DNA from: an uncultured Thermoanaerobaculia bacterium
Lineage (GTDB): Bacteria; Acidobacteriota; Thermoanaerobaculia; Thermoanaerobaculales; Sulfomarinibacteraceae
Length of the DNA stretch: 32,457 bases
Reading direction: 5' to 3'
Assembly: GCA_964408845.1 (NCBI GenBank)
Contig: CAYPBC010000002.1
Span: 1-32,457, forward strand
A program made the translations under genes and the position numbers. This document shows, piece after piece, positions 1 to 8,809 of this stretch. The notes under the pieces were generated by a model that saw only the letters and a program-made list of their open reading frames with translations, searched no databases and was not told where the DNA came from. Within the stretch, counting starts at the first letter, position 1. Every line of letters starts with the position of its first letter.

Positions 1-1
1 C

Positions 2-709
2 GTATCGGACATGCAGTGGGACGATGACGTTACCGTTGAAGGCGCGATGGAGGAGCTGTCCTTCGGACCGTTGAAGCTTGACCTCTACCAGTACATCCTC
101 GAGGAGGACAAGACAGCCAGGGACGCGTATCTTCTCGGCGGCCAGGTCTACGGGAAGTTCGGCTCCGACTCGGCCGGGAGCTTTACCGTCGGCGCGGGCT
201 ACGACGAGTGGGTGCGGCCGCAGCTGGTGGTTGATCTGACCTTGAGCGGCAAGCTCCACGGAAACCGCGTGACCAATTTGCTCGATGACGATCACCAGCT
301 CGTCAGCGATTTCCAGATTGCAAACGCCTATTTTAGGTGGACCTGGAAGAAGAACAAACGCTGGCCGGTCAAGTTCTCAGCCTACGGCTACTACAACACC
401 GGCGCCCAGGGTCTGGGCAAGGAGTACGACACCGGTTACTTCCTGCGCCTCCAGGTTGGTGATTACAAGAAGAAGGGCCAGATGATGTTCCGGGCCAGCC
501 GCTACTACTCGGAGCCCGACGCCCTCTTCTACGTCTTTGCCCAGTCGGACACGACCATGGCCTCGGATGTCGACGGCTACCGCTTTGACTTCCGTCTCGG
601 CCACGTCAAGAAGTCCTACTTCAACATCACCTGGTATCACACGAAACCGGTGTACTCCCTGTTTCCGGACATGGACCGGCTGCAGGTGGACTACATCATC
701 GTTTTTTAG
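2..709 (+). CDS. Outer-membrane beta-barrel porin, C-terminal part (5' end lies outside the window); possibly phosphate-selective
   Basis: The frame is open to the window edge. Alternating aromatic/hydrophobic strand pattern (YFRWTW, KFSAYGYY, FYVFAQ, YRFDFRL, FNITWYH). C-terminus ...DYIIVF ends in Phe, the classic OM barrel signature. Phosphate selectivity is only suggested by the neighbouring PhoU/NaPi genes. Confidence 0.5.
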   Translation, partial: VSDMQWDDDVTVEGAMEELSFGPLKLDLYQYILEEDKTARDAYLLGGQVYGKFGSDSAGSFTVGAGYDEWVRPQLVVDLTLSGKLHGNRVTNLLDDDHQLVSDFQIANAYFRWTWKKNKRWPVKFSAYGYYNTGAQGLGKEYDTGYFLRLQVGDYKKKGQMMFRASRYYSEPDALFYVFAQSDTTMASDVDGYRFDFRLGHVKKSYFNITWYHTKPVYSLFPDMDRLQVDYIIVF

Positions 710-888
710 CCTGCATTTCTCACCAATCGCCAGCTACGGCCATCGATGCATCACACCCAGCGGGTCTTCTCGTTTCGGGGTGCTCGACGTACTGTCATGT
801 CCAACGCCGCGCCCCTCAGGTCGAGAACCCCGCAGGGCGAGGCACCTCGCCGCCCTCGCCATGAAACTCGGTGAGAAATGCGGGCTGG
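707..888. repeat. Inverted-repeat-bounded ~182-bp element, copy 1 (TCTCACC family)
   Basis: Ends are TAGCCTGCATTTCTCACC (707-725) and GGTGAGAAATGCGGGCT (870-886). Internal blocks TGCTCGACGTAC and CCCTCAGGTCG are shared with 6403-6594 in reverse orientation. Confidence 0.85.
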
Positions 889-892
889 TGGA

Positions 893-1585
893 TCACTCGT
901 CGTCAGTCGGGTTGTCCAGATCACCATCCCGGAAGCCGATCCGGTCGAAGGGGTTGACGATACTCGACGCGATGTTCATCAGGTGGGCGGAGATCCGCTT
1001 CAGAAACCGAACGTAGAGTGCCGTGCTGACGGCCTCGTTGCACACGAGGTCGGGTGCCGAGCGGGCGATCAGAATATTGAGGATCTCGTCCGAACGCCGG
1101 GCGATCCACCAGTGCTCGGACATCACCTCCTTTGCCTTGTCCTCGTCGCCACCAGGAAAAGCCTCGATCAGGAGCGTGAACATCGTCTTGACGGTGGTCT
1201 CGATCTTGCGGACGTCCTCCTCGAGGCTGCCACATTCGAGTCGGCCCGGATGGTTGAGGGCGAGATCGACGATGTTCTTGGTCAGGTCGCCGATGCGCTC
1301 GATGTCGATGACGATGCTCACCAGGGCCAGGCCCGCCGCGATGTTGCGGCTCGAGCTCAGCACGAGATGAGTCAGCACCTTGCGCCGCACCTCGCGCTCG
1401 TAGGCGTTGATGAGCTGGTCCTTGGCGTAGATGTCGAGCTCAATTCGCGCATCGTCGTGCTCGCGCAGCGAGCTCGATGCGGCGAGAAACATGTCCCGGT
1501 CCGCCTCCAGCATTTCGAGTGACCGGTCATGGGCCTGCTGCAACATGTTGTCCTTGCGAAACAGCTCGAAGAATTGGTTGAGCAT
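893..1585 (-). CDS. phoU: PhoU-family phosphate signalling/transport accessory protein
   Basis: 230 aa with two PhoU-type helical repeats (…IDIERIGDLTKNIVDLA… and …FLKRISAHLMNIASSI…). Its ATG lies 3 nt after the Na/Pi transporter stop, with GAGGTGA just upstream, so the two form an operon. Confidence 0.8.
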   Translation of the reverse strand: MLNQFFELFRKDNMLQQAHDRSLEMLEADRDMFLAASSSLREHDDARIELDIYAKDQLINAYEREVRRKVLTHLVLSSSRNIAAGLALVSIVIDIERIGDLTKNIVDLALNHPGRLECGSLEEDVRKIETTVKTMFTLLIEAFPGGDEDKAKEVMSEHWWIARRSDEILNILIARSAPDLVCNEAVSTALYVRFLKRISAHLMNIASSIVNPFDRIGFRDGDLDNPTDDE

Positions 1586-1588
1586 CTT

Positions 1589-2722
1589 TCACCTCAAAAT
1601 CAGAATTGCCGCGAACGGCACGGCATAGAAAAAGACGACGATGTACGCGACAGCCAACCAGCGGTGGTCGGCGGCAATCGCTGCGAAGCTACCGGCGAGC
1701 CGGAGCGGAATCCGGCGAATCGCGGGAATCGGCCAGATCACCGCGATACCGCAGATGTTGAAGAGCATGTGGGCGAAAGCCACCGTCACAGCGCTGATCT
1801 CGCCCACCGCGAGGGCCGCGAGAATCGCCGTGATCGTGGTCCCGATGTTGGCGCCGAGAGTGTAGGGGAAGATCTGGACGAGGGTGAGAATCCCGGCCCC
1901 CGCCAACGGCACGGCGAGCGATGTCGTGATGCTGGAGGATTGCACGAAGACTGTGATGAGGAGACCAAGGAGCATAGCCCTTCCGGCATTGGCGAAGAGG
2001 GTTTGATCAAAAAACGCCTCCACGCGACCGAGGACAATCGATTTGAGGGCCACCACCAGATAGCGCAGCGATGCGGCCATGATCAACAACGCGAGAATGA
2101 GCAGAACCCACGGGTGTCCGTCCAGGGCGTGGGTCACCCCATTGACCGCGGGTTCGGTGACCATCTTGAGAGGGCTCGCAAAGGTGAGCCCGCCCATCTC
2201 CTGAAAGATCTCCGCCAGGTCGGCCGCGAGAATACCGAGGAAGTTGGTCGAAACCTGGAGCGGAAAGAGAATGATCACCGCCAAGATGTTAAAGAAGTCG
2301 TGAACCGTAGAAGCCGCGAAGGCGCGCTCGAACTCCCGCCCGTGAGAGAGGTGGCCGAGGCTGACTAGGGTGTTGGTGACCGAGGTGCCGATGTTGGCCC
2401 CCATCACGATCGGGATTGCGGTGTGGATGGGCATGGTGCCGCTGCCCACCATGGCCACCACTATCGAGGTCGTGGTCGATGACGACTGGACGAGCGTCGT
2501 CGCCAGAATACCAACAAAGAGGCCGAGGAGAGGATTTGAGGCGCTCGCGATCAGACCGTCGACGAAACCGCCCGAGAACATCTTGAACGCCTTGCCGATC
2601 AGACCGATGCTGACCAAGAAGCCGTAGAGAAGCACACCGAGAATGAAGACGCGAGCTGCGGTACTCTTCCAGGGCGACTCTCCGGTGAGCGCGTTCCTTG
2701 GTGTATTGCCACTTTCGCTCAT
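1589..2722 (-). CDS. Na+/phosphate cotransporter (NaPi-II/NptA-YjbB family)
   Basis: Duplicated NaPi-II signature QSSS(T/I)TTS (QSSSTTTSIVVAMVG and QSSSITTSLAVPLAG) in a polytopic hydrophobic protein. Start placed at ATG 2722 (GGAGG about 10 nt upstream). The longest ORF would start at 2779. Confidence 0.85.
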   Translation of the reverse strand: MSESGNTPRNALTGESPWKSTAARVFILGVLLYGFLVSIGLIGKAFKMFSGGFVDGLIASASNPLLGLFVGILATTLVQSSSTTTSIVVAMVGSGTMPIHTAIPIVMGANIGTSVTNTLVSLGHLSHGREFERAFAASTVHDFFNILAVIILFPLQVSTNFLGILAADLAEIFQEMGGLTFASPLKMVTEPAVNGVTHALDGHPWVLLILALLIMAASLRYLVVALKSIVLGRVEAFFDQTLFANAGRAMLLGLLITVFVQSSSITTSLAVPLAGAGILTLVQIFPYTLGANIGTTITAILAALAVGEISAVTVAFAHMLFNICGIAVIWPIPAIRRIPLRLAGSFAAIAADHRWLAVAYIVVFFYAVPFAAILILR

Positions 2723-2839
2723 CGATTCACAGCCTCCGTGATGCCGGTGTGTCATTTCCAGTGCCGAGCCCGCGACCACAGGATCTTAACATCACAGGTC
2801 ACTGCAGGAGATCCTGGTATGTAAGGGTACACTTCATTC

Positions 2840-3718
2840 GTGCGTATCATCGTCAACCCGGCGGCGGCTGGGGGCCGGCTCGGCAGGGAGTGGCCCGTGA
2901 CGGCCGAGCGGCTCGCCGGTCTAGGTGTGACGGCGCCAGTGGTTTTCACCGAGGCGCCGGGGCATGCCACGGAGCTTGCTGCGGCCGCGGTCGCCGATGG
3001 GGTTGCGCGGGTCGTGGTGGCCGGTGGCGACGGTACGATCTGCGAAGTGGTGGAAGGGCTCCACCGTGCCGGGGGTGGGGAGCTGGCCATCCTGCCCCTG
3101 GGAACCGGCAACGACACGGCGCGAACCCTCGGCATTCCGATCGTCCTCGAGGGAGCCGTGCGAATTCTCCACGAGGGTTGTTGCCGGCCGTTCGATCTGA
3201 TCCGGATCGGCGACCGGATGGTGTTCAACGCCATCGGGGTCGGGCTGACCGGTGACATCAACGACCGCGCGGCCAGAATCAAGTGGATTCGCGGGATCGC
3301 TGTCTATCTGATGACCGCCGTGTCCGCACTCTTCCGCTACCGGATTCAGGACGTACGGATGGTGACCGAAGGGAGCGCCTACGAGGGCTCGATGCTGATC
3401 CTCGCGGTCCACGGCGGGCCGACCACCGGCGGCGGTTTCGCCCTCACCCCCGCCGCGGTGCCAGACGACGGGCTGCTCGACGCGTGCCTGGTGGAGGAGG
3501 TCGGCCCGTTCGGGCGGCTGATGCGGTTGGCAGCCGCCATGCGGGGCCGGTTGGGGACGATGAGGGGAACCCATGAGCTGCAGGCGCCATGGCTGGAGCT
3601 TCACTTCGACGAGCCTCTGCCGGCCCATCTCGACGGCAACTCGGTGGTGCTGGAACCACCGATGGCGCGGTTCGAGGTCGTGCCGGGAGCGCTGACCGTC
3701 GTGGTGCCTGAGGGTTAG
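2840..3718 (+). CDS. Diacylglycerol/lipid kinase family protein (YegS/BmrU-like)
   Basis: GTG start. N-terminus MRIIVNPAAAGG and the GGDGT motif (VVAGGDGTICEV) are typical of the DAGK catalytic domain. 292 aa. Confidence 0.8.
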   Translation: MRIIVNPAAAGGRLGREWPVTAERLAGLGVTAPVVFTEAPGHATELAAAAVADGVARVVVAGGDGTICEVVEGLHRAGGGELAILPLGTGNDTARTLGIPIVLEGAVRILHEGCCRPFDLIRIGDRMVFNAIGVGLTGDINDRAARIKWIRGIAVYLMTAVSALFRYRIQDVRMVTEGSAYEGSMLILAVHGGPTTGGGFALTPAAVPDDGLLDACLVEEVGPFGRLMRLAAAMRGRLGTMRGTHELQAPWLELHFDEPLPAHLDGNSVVLEPPMARFEVVPGALTVVVPEG

Positions 3719-3783
3719 CCTGTAGCCAAATTCAAATGTGGTCTGGCCCGGTCACGATCGTGGGATACGCTTCCGACTTCGAA

Positions 3784-3885
3784 GCGTTTCTCTATCATCG
3801 CGCTTCCCGAGAGGATGCCAGGCACGCCGATGTGACGATGAGGACATCGTCGCATCGGGAGCCAGGCACCTCCGCCGAACGCGCC
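3784..3885. repeat. GCCAGGCAC element, copy a
   Basis: CGAGAGGATGCCAGGCACGCCGAT-[hairpin]-ATCGGGAGCCAGGCACCTCCG. The 24-nt left block is identical to the reverse complement of 22765-22788, and the flanks are also similar (CGTTTCTC). Confidence 0.85.
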
Positions 3886-3932
3886 GGCGCGCTCGTGCTC
3901 TTCCGCTTCTCCGCTCCTCTTCCTCCGCCGTT

Positions 3933-3958
3933 GTCAACGAAAATCGGGGTTGGACGTC
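3933..3958 (+). promoter_or_regulatory. Candidate ECF-type (autoregulated) promoter
   Basis: tGTCAAC-N16-CGTC resembles the AAC-N16/17-CGT architecture of many ECF promoters. It sits just upstream of the sigma gene and would put the start site between ATG 3961 and ATG 3985. Confidence 0.35.
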
Positions 3959-3984
3959 GTATGGTTGTGTTGCGAGCAGGAGCC

Positions 3985-4569
3985 ATGGACCCATCTCGAA
4001 CTGATCTTTCCCAAGAGGACGACGCGCTGGTTCTGCGGGCGCAGGACGGTGATCATGACGCTTTTGGCGAGCTGGTCACCCGCCATCAGCGACGGGTGTG
4101 GATGGTGTGCCGGCAGTATGTCGGCCAAGATGAAGCCGATGCGGCGGCCCAGGACAGTCTGGTCAAGGCCTTCACCAAGATTGATGATTTCGACCGCCAG
4201 GCTGCGTTTTCGACCTGGCTGACCCGGATCGCCATCAATACGTGCCTCGACGAGCTGCGGAAGCGGCGCCGCACGACACTGGTTTCGGACGAGCCGGAAG
4301 ACGGGGAGGGCGCCGGCATTCTCGAGCAGGTCCCGGACGACCAGGCGGGGCCGGAGGCGAGATTCATGCAGCGCCAGGCGGTGGCCTCTCTCGAAGCCGG
4401 TGAGGAGAGCCTGCCACCGCGTCAGCGTGAGATCTTCCGGCTCCGTTTCTACGCCGAGATGGAGCTCGTGGAGATCGCGACGGCGCTCGACGTCCACGTA
4501 GGGACCGTGAAGACACAGCTGCACCGGGCGGTACACCGGCTGCGCAAGGAACTGGGAGCATACCGATGA
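3985..4569 (+). CDS. ECF-type RNA polymerase sigma-70 family factor
   Basis: Region 2 (DAFGELVTRHQRRVWMVCRQYV…AQDSLVKAF…FSTWLTRIAINTCLDELRKRRR) and region 4 HTH (LPPRQREIFRLRFYAEMELVEIATALDVHVGTVKTQLHRAVHRLRKEL). Start chosen at ATG 3985 (AGGAG just upstream), because a candidate ECF promoter ends at 3958. ATG 3961 is the alternative. The 3736 ORF start is a non-homologous extension. Confidence 0.85.
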   Translation: MDPSRTDLSQEDDALVLRAQDGDHDAFGELVTRHQRRVWMVCRQYVGQDEADAAAQDSLVKAFTKIDDFDRQAAFSTWLTRIAINTCLDELRKRRRTTLVSDEPEDGEGAGILEQVPDDQAGPEARFMQRQAVASLEAGEESLPPRQREIFRLRFYAEMELVEIATALDVHVGTVKTQLHRAVHRLRKELGAYR

Positions 4570-5030
4570 AGAGCCATCTCGATGAACACGAAATCACAAC
4601 AGCGGTGTCAGGCCTCGGGCTCGAACCGGCGGCCGAGGAACACCTTGCTTCGTGTCTGAGCTGCCGCCAACAGGTGTCGTCGATGCGGGAGCTCATCGAC
4701 GCGCGACGGCAGGGTCTCGAAGCCGGGGTCCCGGACTGGGATCAACAGCGGCAAGAGGTTCTGCTGCGGCTGTCGTCGGCATCAACAGCCGGAGAGCGGT
4801 ATCGGCGATGGGTTCGTCCGTGGCTCGCGTTAGCTGCGATTCTGGTGGCGGCGATTGGGCTCAGGATGCTGTGGACACCGCCGCCGGCCGATCGTGCGAC
4901 CAATGCCGAGCTGCCCGTGGAACAGATCCTGGCCGAGGTCGACGCGGTCCTGGCCGACGATTCCATCCCGGGCTTCGAGCTCATCGAACCGGGGTTGGAC
5001 GATGCGGTTTTTGAAAACGGAACGTTGTGA
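4566..5030 (+). CDS. Zinc-binding (ZAS-type) membrane anti-sigma factor
   Basis: ATGA start/stop overlap with the sigma gene. H-x3-C-x2-C motif (HLASCLSC). Single TM segment WLALAAILVAAIGLRMLW followed by a short extracytoplasmic tail. Confidence 0.75.
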   Translation: MKSHLDEHEITTAVSGLGLEPAAEEHLASCLSCRQQVSSMRELIDARRQGLEAGVPDWDQQRQEVLLRLSSASTAGERYRRWVRPWLALAAILVAAIGLRMLWTPPPADRATNAELPVEQILAEVDAVLADDSIPGFELIEPGLDDAVFENGTL

Positions 5031-5052
5031 GGGGGCGGAAGTGGAGGCAGTC

Positions 5053-5541
5053 ATGAAGAGCATGAAAAACGTATTGATCATCATCGTGTTTCTCGCAGTG
5101 GTAGCCCCGTTGGCGGCGGACGATTTCAATCTGCCACCCGGAAAGTGGTGGGAGGACCAGCGGCTGGTGAGCCATATCGGGCTCACCGAAGAGCAGCAGG
5201 GTCAGATTCGAGAAGTGGTTTTCTTACATGCACGGCGGATGATCGATCTCAAGGCCGATGTCGAAAAGGCCGGACTCGATCTCGCAAGCTCGGTAGACCA
5301 GAAGGTTTTCGACCCTGCGCCGGTGCGGGCGGCTTATGCTGTTTTTCAGACCGCGCGCCAAAAGCTGGAGAACGAACGCTTCGAGATGTTGCTCGAGGTG
5401 CGCCTGGTACTGACCTACGAGCAGTGGCAGAAGATCGAAGAAATCAAGCGGCGAATGAAACAGAATCGGTCGGAACGCCGGCCCGGCGCCCGCGGGCAGG
5501 AGGGGCAGCGCCCACAGGGAGACCGGGCTCCTGGATTCTGA
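5053..5541 (+). CDS. Periplasmic Spy/CpxP/ZraP-like LTXXQ-motif protein
   Basis: GGAGG lies 5 nt before ATG 5053. Signal peptide MKSMKNVLIIIVFLAVVAPLAA. Two LTxxQ-type motifs (LTEEQQ, LTYEQW) in a helical, charged protein with a basic tail. Confidence 0.7.
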   Translation: MKSMKNVLIIIVFLAVVAPLAADDFNLPPGKWWEDQRLVSHIGLTEEQQGQIREVVFLHARRMIDLKADVEKAGLDLASSVDQKVFDPAPVRAAYAVFQTARQKLENERFEMLLEVRLVLTYEQWQKIEEIKRRMKQNRSERRPGARGQEGQRPQGDRAPGF

Positions 5542-5544
5542 CTG

Positions 5545-5614
5545 CAGGGCACAGGGCACAGGGCGCAGGGCATAGGGCGTCCATGTACCCTGAACCCTGA
5601 ACCCTGAACCCTGT
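5545..5614. repeat. Phased heptamer array (CAGGGCR)x5 - TCCATGT - (ACCCTGW)x4
   Basis: Ten consecutive 7-nt units read directly, starting 4 nt after the Spy-like stop. The two halves are imperfectly complementary (CAGGG/CCCTG). Confidence 0.95.
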
Positions 5615-5627
5615 GGGTGGCTTTCCA

Positions 5628-5656
5628 TTGACACCAAATGGCGTGTCTGGTACAAA
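5628..5656 (+). promoter_or_regulatory. Candidate sigma70 promoter for rplU-rpmA
   Basis: Perfect -35 TTGACA (5628-5633), a 17-nt spacer and -10 TACAAA (5651-5656). The start site would fall about 25 nt upstream of the rplU ATG, ahead of a GGGGAGAGG Shine-Dalgarno. Confidence 0.5.
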
Positions 5657-5687
5657 TACAACCCCTTTGACTGGGGAGAGGTGTCGA

Positions 5688-6011
5688 ATGAGCGATTACG
5701 CAGTAGTAGAGCATGGCGGCAAGCAGTACCGGGTGAGTCCGGGCGACGAGCTGCTGGTGGAGCGCACCCAGCCCGATCTCAAGACGGGTGACGACATGGT
5801 TTTCGAGCGGGTGATGCTGGTCAGCCAGAATGATGCTGTCCGCGTCGGAAAGCCGGTGGTTGACGGCGCGCTGGTACGGAGCAGAGTCGTGGCGTCGGTG
5901 CGTGGTGAAAAGATCATCGTTTTCAAGAAGAAGCGCCGCAAGGGATACAAGCGGAAGAACGGCCATCGGCAGGACTACTACAAGGTTCGGGTCGAGGCCA
6001 TCGAGGCGTAG
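5688..6011 (+). CDS. rplU: 50S ribosomal protein L21
   Basis: [25 protein letters not shown]… plus the basic C-terminal [16 protein letters not shown], a textbook L21 sequence. Confidence 0.95.
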   Translation: MSDYAVVEHGGKQYRVSPGDELLVERTQPDLKTGDDMVFERVMLVSQNDAVRVGKPVVDGALVRSRVVASVRGEKIIVFKKKRRKGYKRKNGHRQDYYKVRVEAIEA

Positions 6012-6019
6012 GAGACACC

Positions 6020-6274
6020 ATGGCGCACAAAAAAGGACAGGGTTCGAGCCGAAACGGTCGCGACTCGCACGCCCAGCGTCTCGGCACCAAGGTCGGTGAC
6101 GGACAACAGGTCACGGGCGGGACCATTCTGGTTCGCCAGCGCGGTACCCATTTCAAACCTGGAAAACACGTCAAAAGGGGCGGCGACGACACCCTCTTTG
6201 CGACCTCGGCGGGCCAGGTGAAATTCCAGAACCGTGGTCGTCACGGTCGGTTCATCAGCATCGTCGTCAACTGA
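6020..6274 (+). CDS. rpmA: 50S ribosomal protein L27
   Basis: [29 protein letters not shown]…[13 protein letters not shown] is the canonical L27 N-terminus. It lies 8 nt downstream of rplU. Confidence 0.95.
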   Translation: MAHKKGQGSSRNGRDSHAQRLGTKVGDGQQVTGGTILVRQRGTHFKPGKHVKRGGDDTLFATSAGQVKFQNRGRHGRFISIVVN

Positions 6275-6402
6275 GAACCACTCATCACAGGTGGGACTTT
6301 CGCGCTACCCTATGACATCTCAAAACGAGGCAACGAGCGCGGCTGCGTCGCACTCCCCGTGTATGACCTAAGATGAGCGATTCTCACCTGCGATCTGCAG
6401 CA

Positions 6403-6594
6403 AGCTCTTGCCTGCATTTCTCACCACGTCACGTTGCGAGGCTCGCGAGATGCTGCGAGATGTGGCGTTTGCGACCTGAGGGCCGCGCAGTCGTACTCAA
6501 CGGTACGTCGAGCAGCCCGATGGGAGGAAACGTCGCAGATTGCTGCATATCGCGGGCCGCAGTAGGGAGGTGGTGAGAAATGCAGGCTAGAGCT
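6403..6594. repeat. Inverted-repeat-bounded ~192-bp element, copy 2 (TCTCACC family)
   Basis: 25-bp terminal inverted repeat with one mismatch: AGCTCTTGCCTGCATTTCTCACCAC (6403-6427) against GTGGTGAGAAATGCAGGCTAGAGCT (6570-6594). Confidence 0.9.
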
Positions 6595-6711
6595 CTGGCC
6601 ACGTGCGAAAATGCTCCGAACACCGATGGGTATGCGTCCGCTTTGCGCAAGCACCAGAACATCAAGATCTTGGCACATCTCTTCCGGCAGAACCGCTCAT
6701 CTTAGGTGTGA

Positions 6712-8389
<1,678 letters not shown>

Positions 8390-8393
<4 letters not shown>

Positions 8394-8773
8394 TGTCGGA
8401 CGCGAAGCGCCCCGGATCCCTGCAAACTGCTGCGCGTGCTGCCGCCGACAAAAAGGCCTTTCAAATCGTGGGTCTCGAGGTCGGCGATCTCACGTCCTAC
8501 ACCGACAGCTTGCTCATTTGCTCGGGCGCCAGCGATCGCCAGGTTGCTGCGATAGCCGGCGAGGTGCAGCGGCAGCTGAAGGATGCCGGCCGGCGACCGC
8601 TCCACGTCGAGGGCGAGTCACACGCGGACTGGGTTCTCCTCGACTATGGTGACTTTGTGGTCCACGTTTTCACAGAGGAGCGGCGCACGTATTACGGGCT
8701 GGACAATTTGTGGGGAGATGCACCAAGGCTCGAGGCCGACGATCTCGGCGTTGGTGACGCCAACGGCGCGTGA
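8390..8773 (+). CDS. rsfS: Ribosome silencing factor RsfS (iojap family)
   Basis: ATGA overlap with nadD. SYTDSLLICSGASDRQVAAIA…WVLLDYGDFVVHVFTEERRTYYGLDNLW is the conserved RsfS core. The second ATG at 8393 is an equally possible start. Confidence 0.9.
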
Positions 8774-8790
8774 GGCCGCAGCAGGCGATA

Positions 8791-8809
8791 GGAGAGAAAT
8801 GCGGGTTAG
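8791..8809. repeat. Solo right-end-type copy of the TCTCACC-family terminus
   Basis: GGAGAGAAATGCGGGTTAG compared with GGTGAGAAATGCAGGCTAG (6572-6590). It contains the rlmH SD and ATG. Confidence 0.6.

Noticed and set aside
878-2368. Long plus-strand ORFs (878..1522, 1529..2368) opposite the phoU and NaPi genes. Similar antisense ORFs occur elsewhere (e.g. 2752..3282, 3934..4536, 9495..10601 of 368 aa, 10826..11422, 15072..15998, 24530..25411, 30690..31457).
   Set aside because: They are typical high-GC shadow ORFs: Arg/Gly/Pro/Ala-rich, low-complexity translations with no recognisable motifs. Each fully overlaps a gene on the other strand that has clear family signatures.
2723-2839. Possible Pho-box-like CTGTGAT / CTGTGGT / CTGCAGT repeats upstream of the NaPi-phoU operon.
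   Set aside because: The spacings are 10 and 16 bp rather than the 11-bp phased direct repeats of PhoB boxes, and the matches to CTGTCAT are partial. That is not enough to call.
3736-3984. N-terminal extension of the ECF sigma ORF (277-aa version starting at 3736).
   Set aside because: The extension translates the GCCAGGCAC repeat element and has no sigma-factor similarity. Region 2 homology begins just after Met 3985, and a candidate promoter lies within the extension.
5545-5614. Possibility that the periodic arrays (here and at 12436, 21647, 22673, 30418 and 31614) are CRISPR arrays.
   Set aside because: The units are 6-7 nt and directly tandem, with no unique spacers. No cas genes are present. 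The architecture is incompatible with CRISPR.
6669-6685. TTGGCACatctcTTCC about 30 nt upstream of obgE, resembling a sigma54 -24/-12 element.
   Set aside because: The -12 element is TTCC, not TTGC, so the near-invariant G is missing. A housekeeping obg gene is an unlikely sigma54 target. This may be a chance match.
6580-6705. 41-codon ORF (MQARALATCENAPNTDGYASALRKHQNIKILAHLFRQNRSS) starting at the SD-plus-ATG of the repeat end and stopping 9 nt before obgE.
   Set aside because: Third-position GC (~68%) is not clearly coding-like for this genome. I see no recognisable motif, and the start derives from a repeat terminus that also opens clearly spurious ORFs elsewhere. It is kept only as a comment under the rlmH-start finding.
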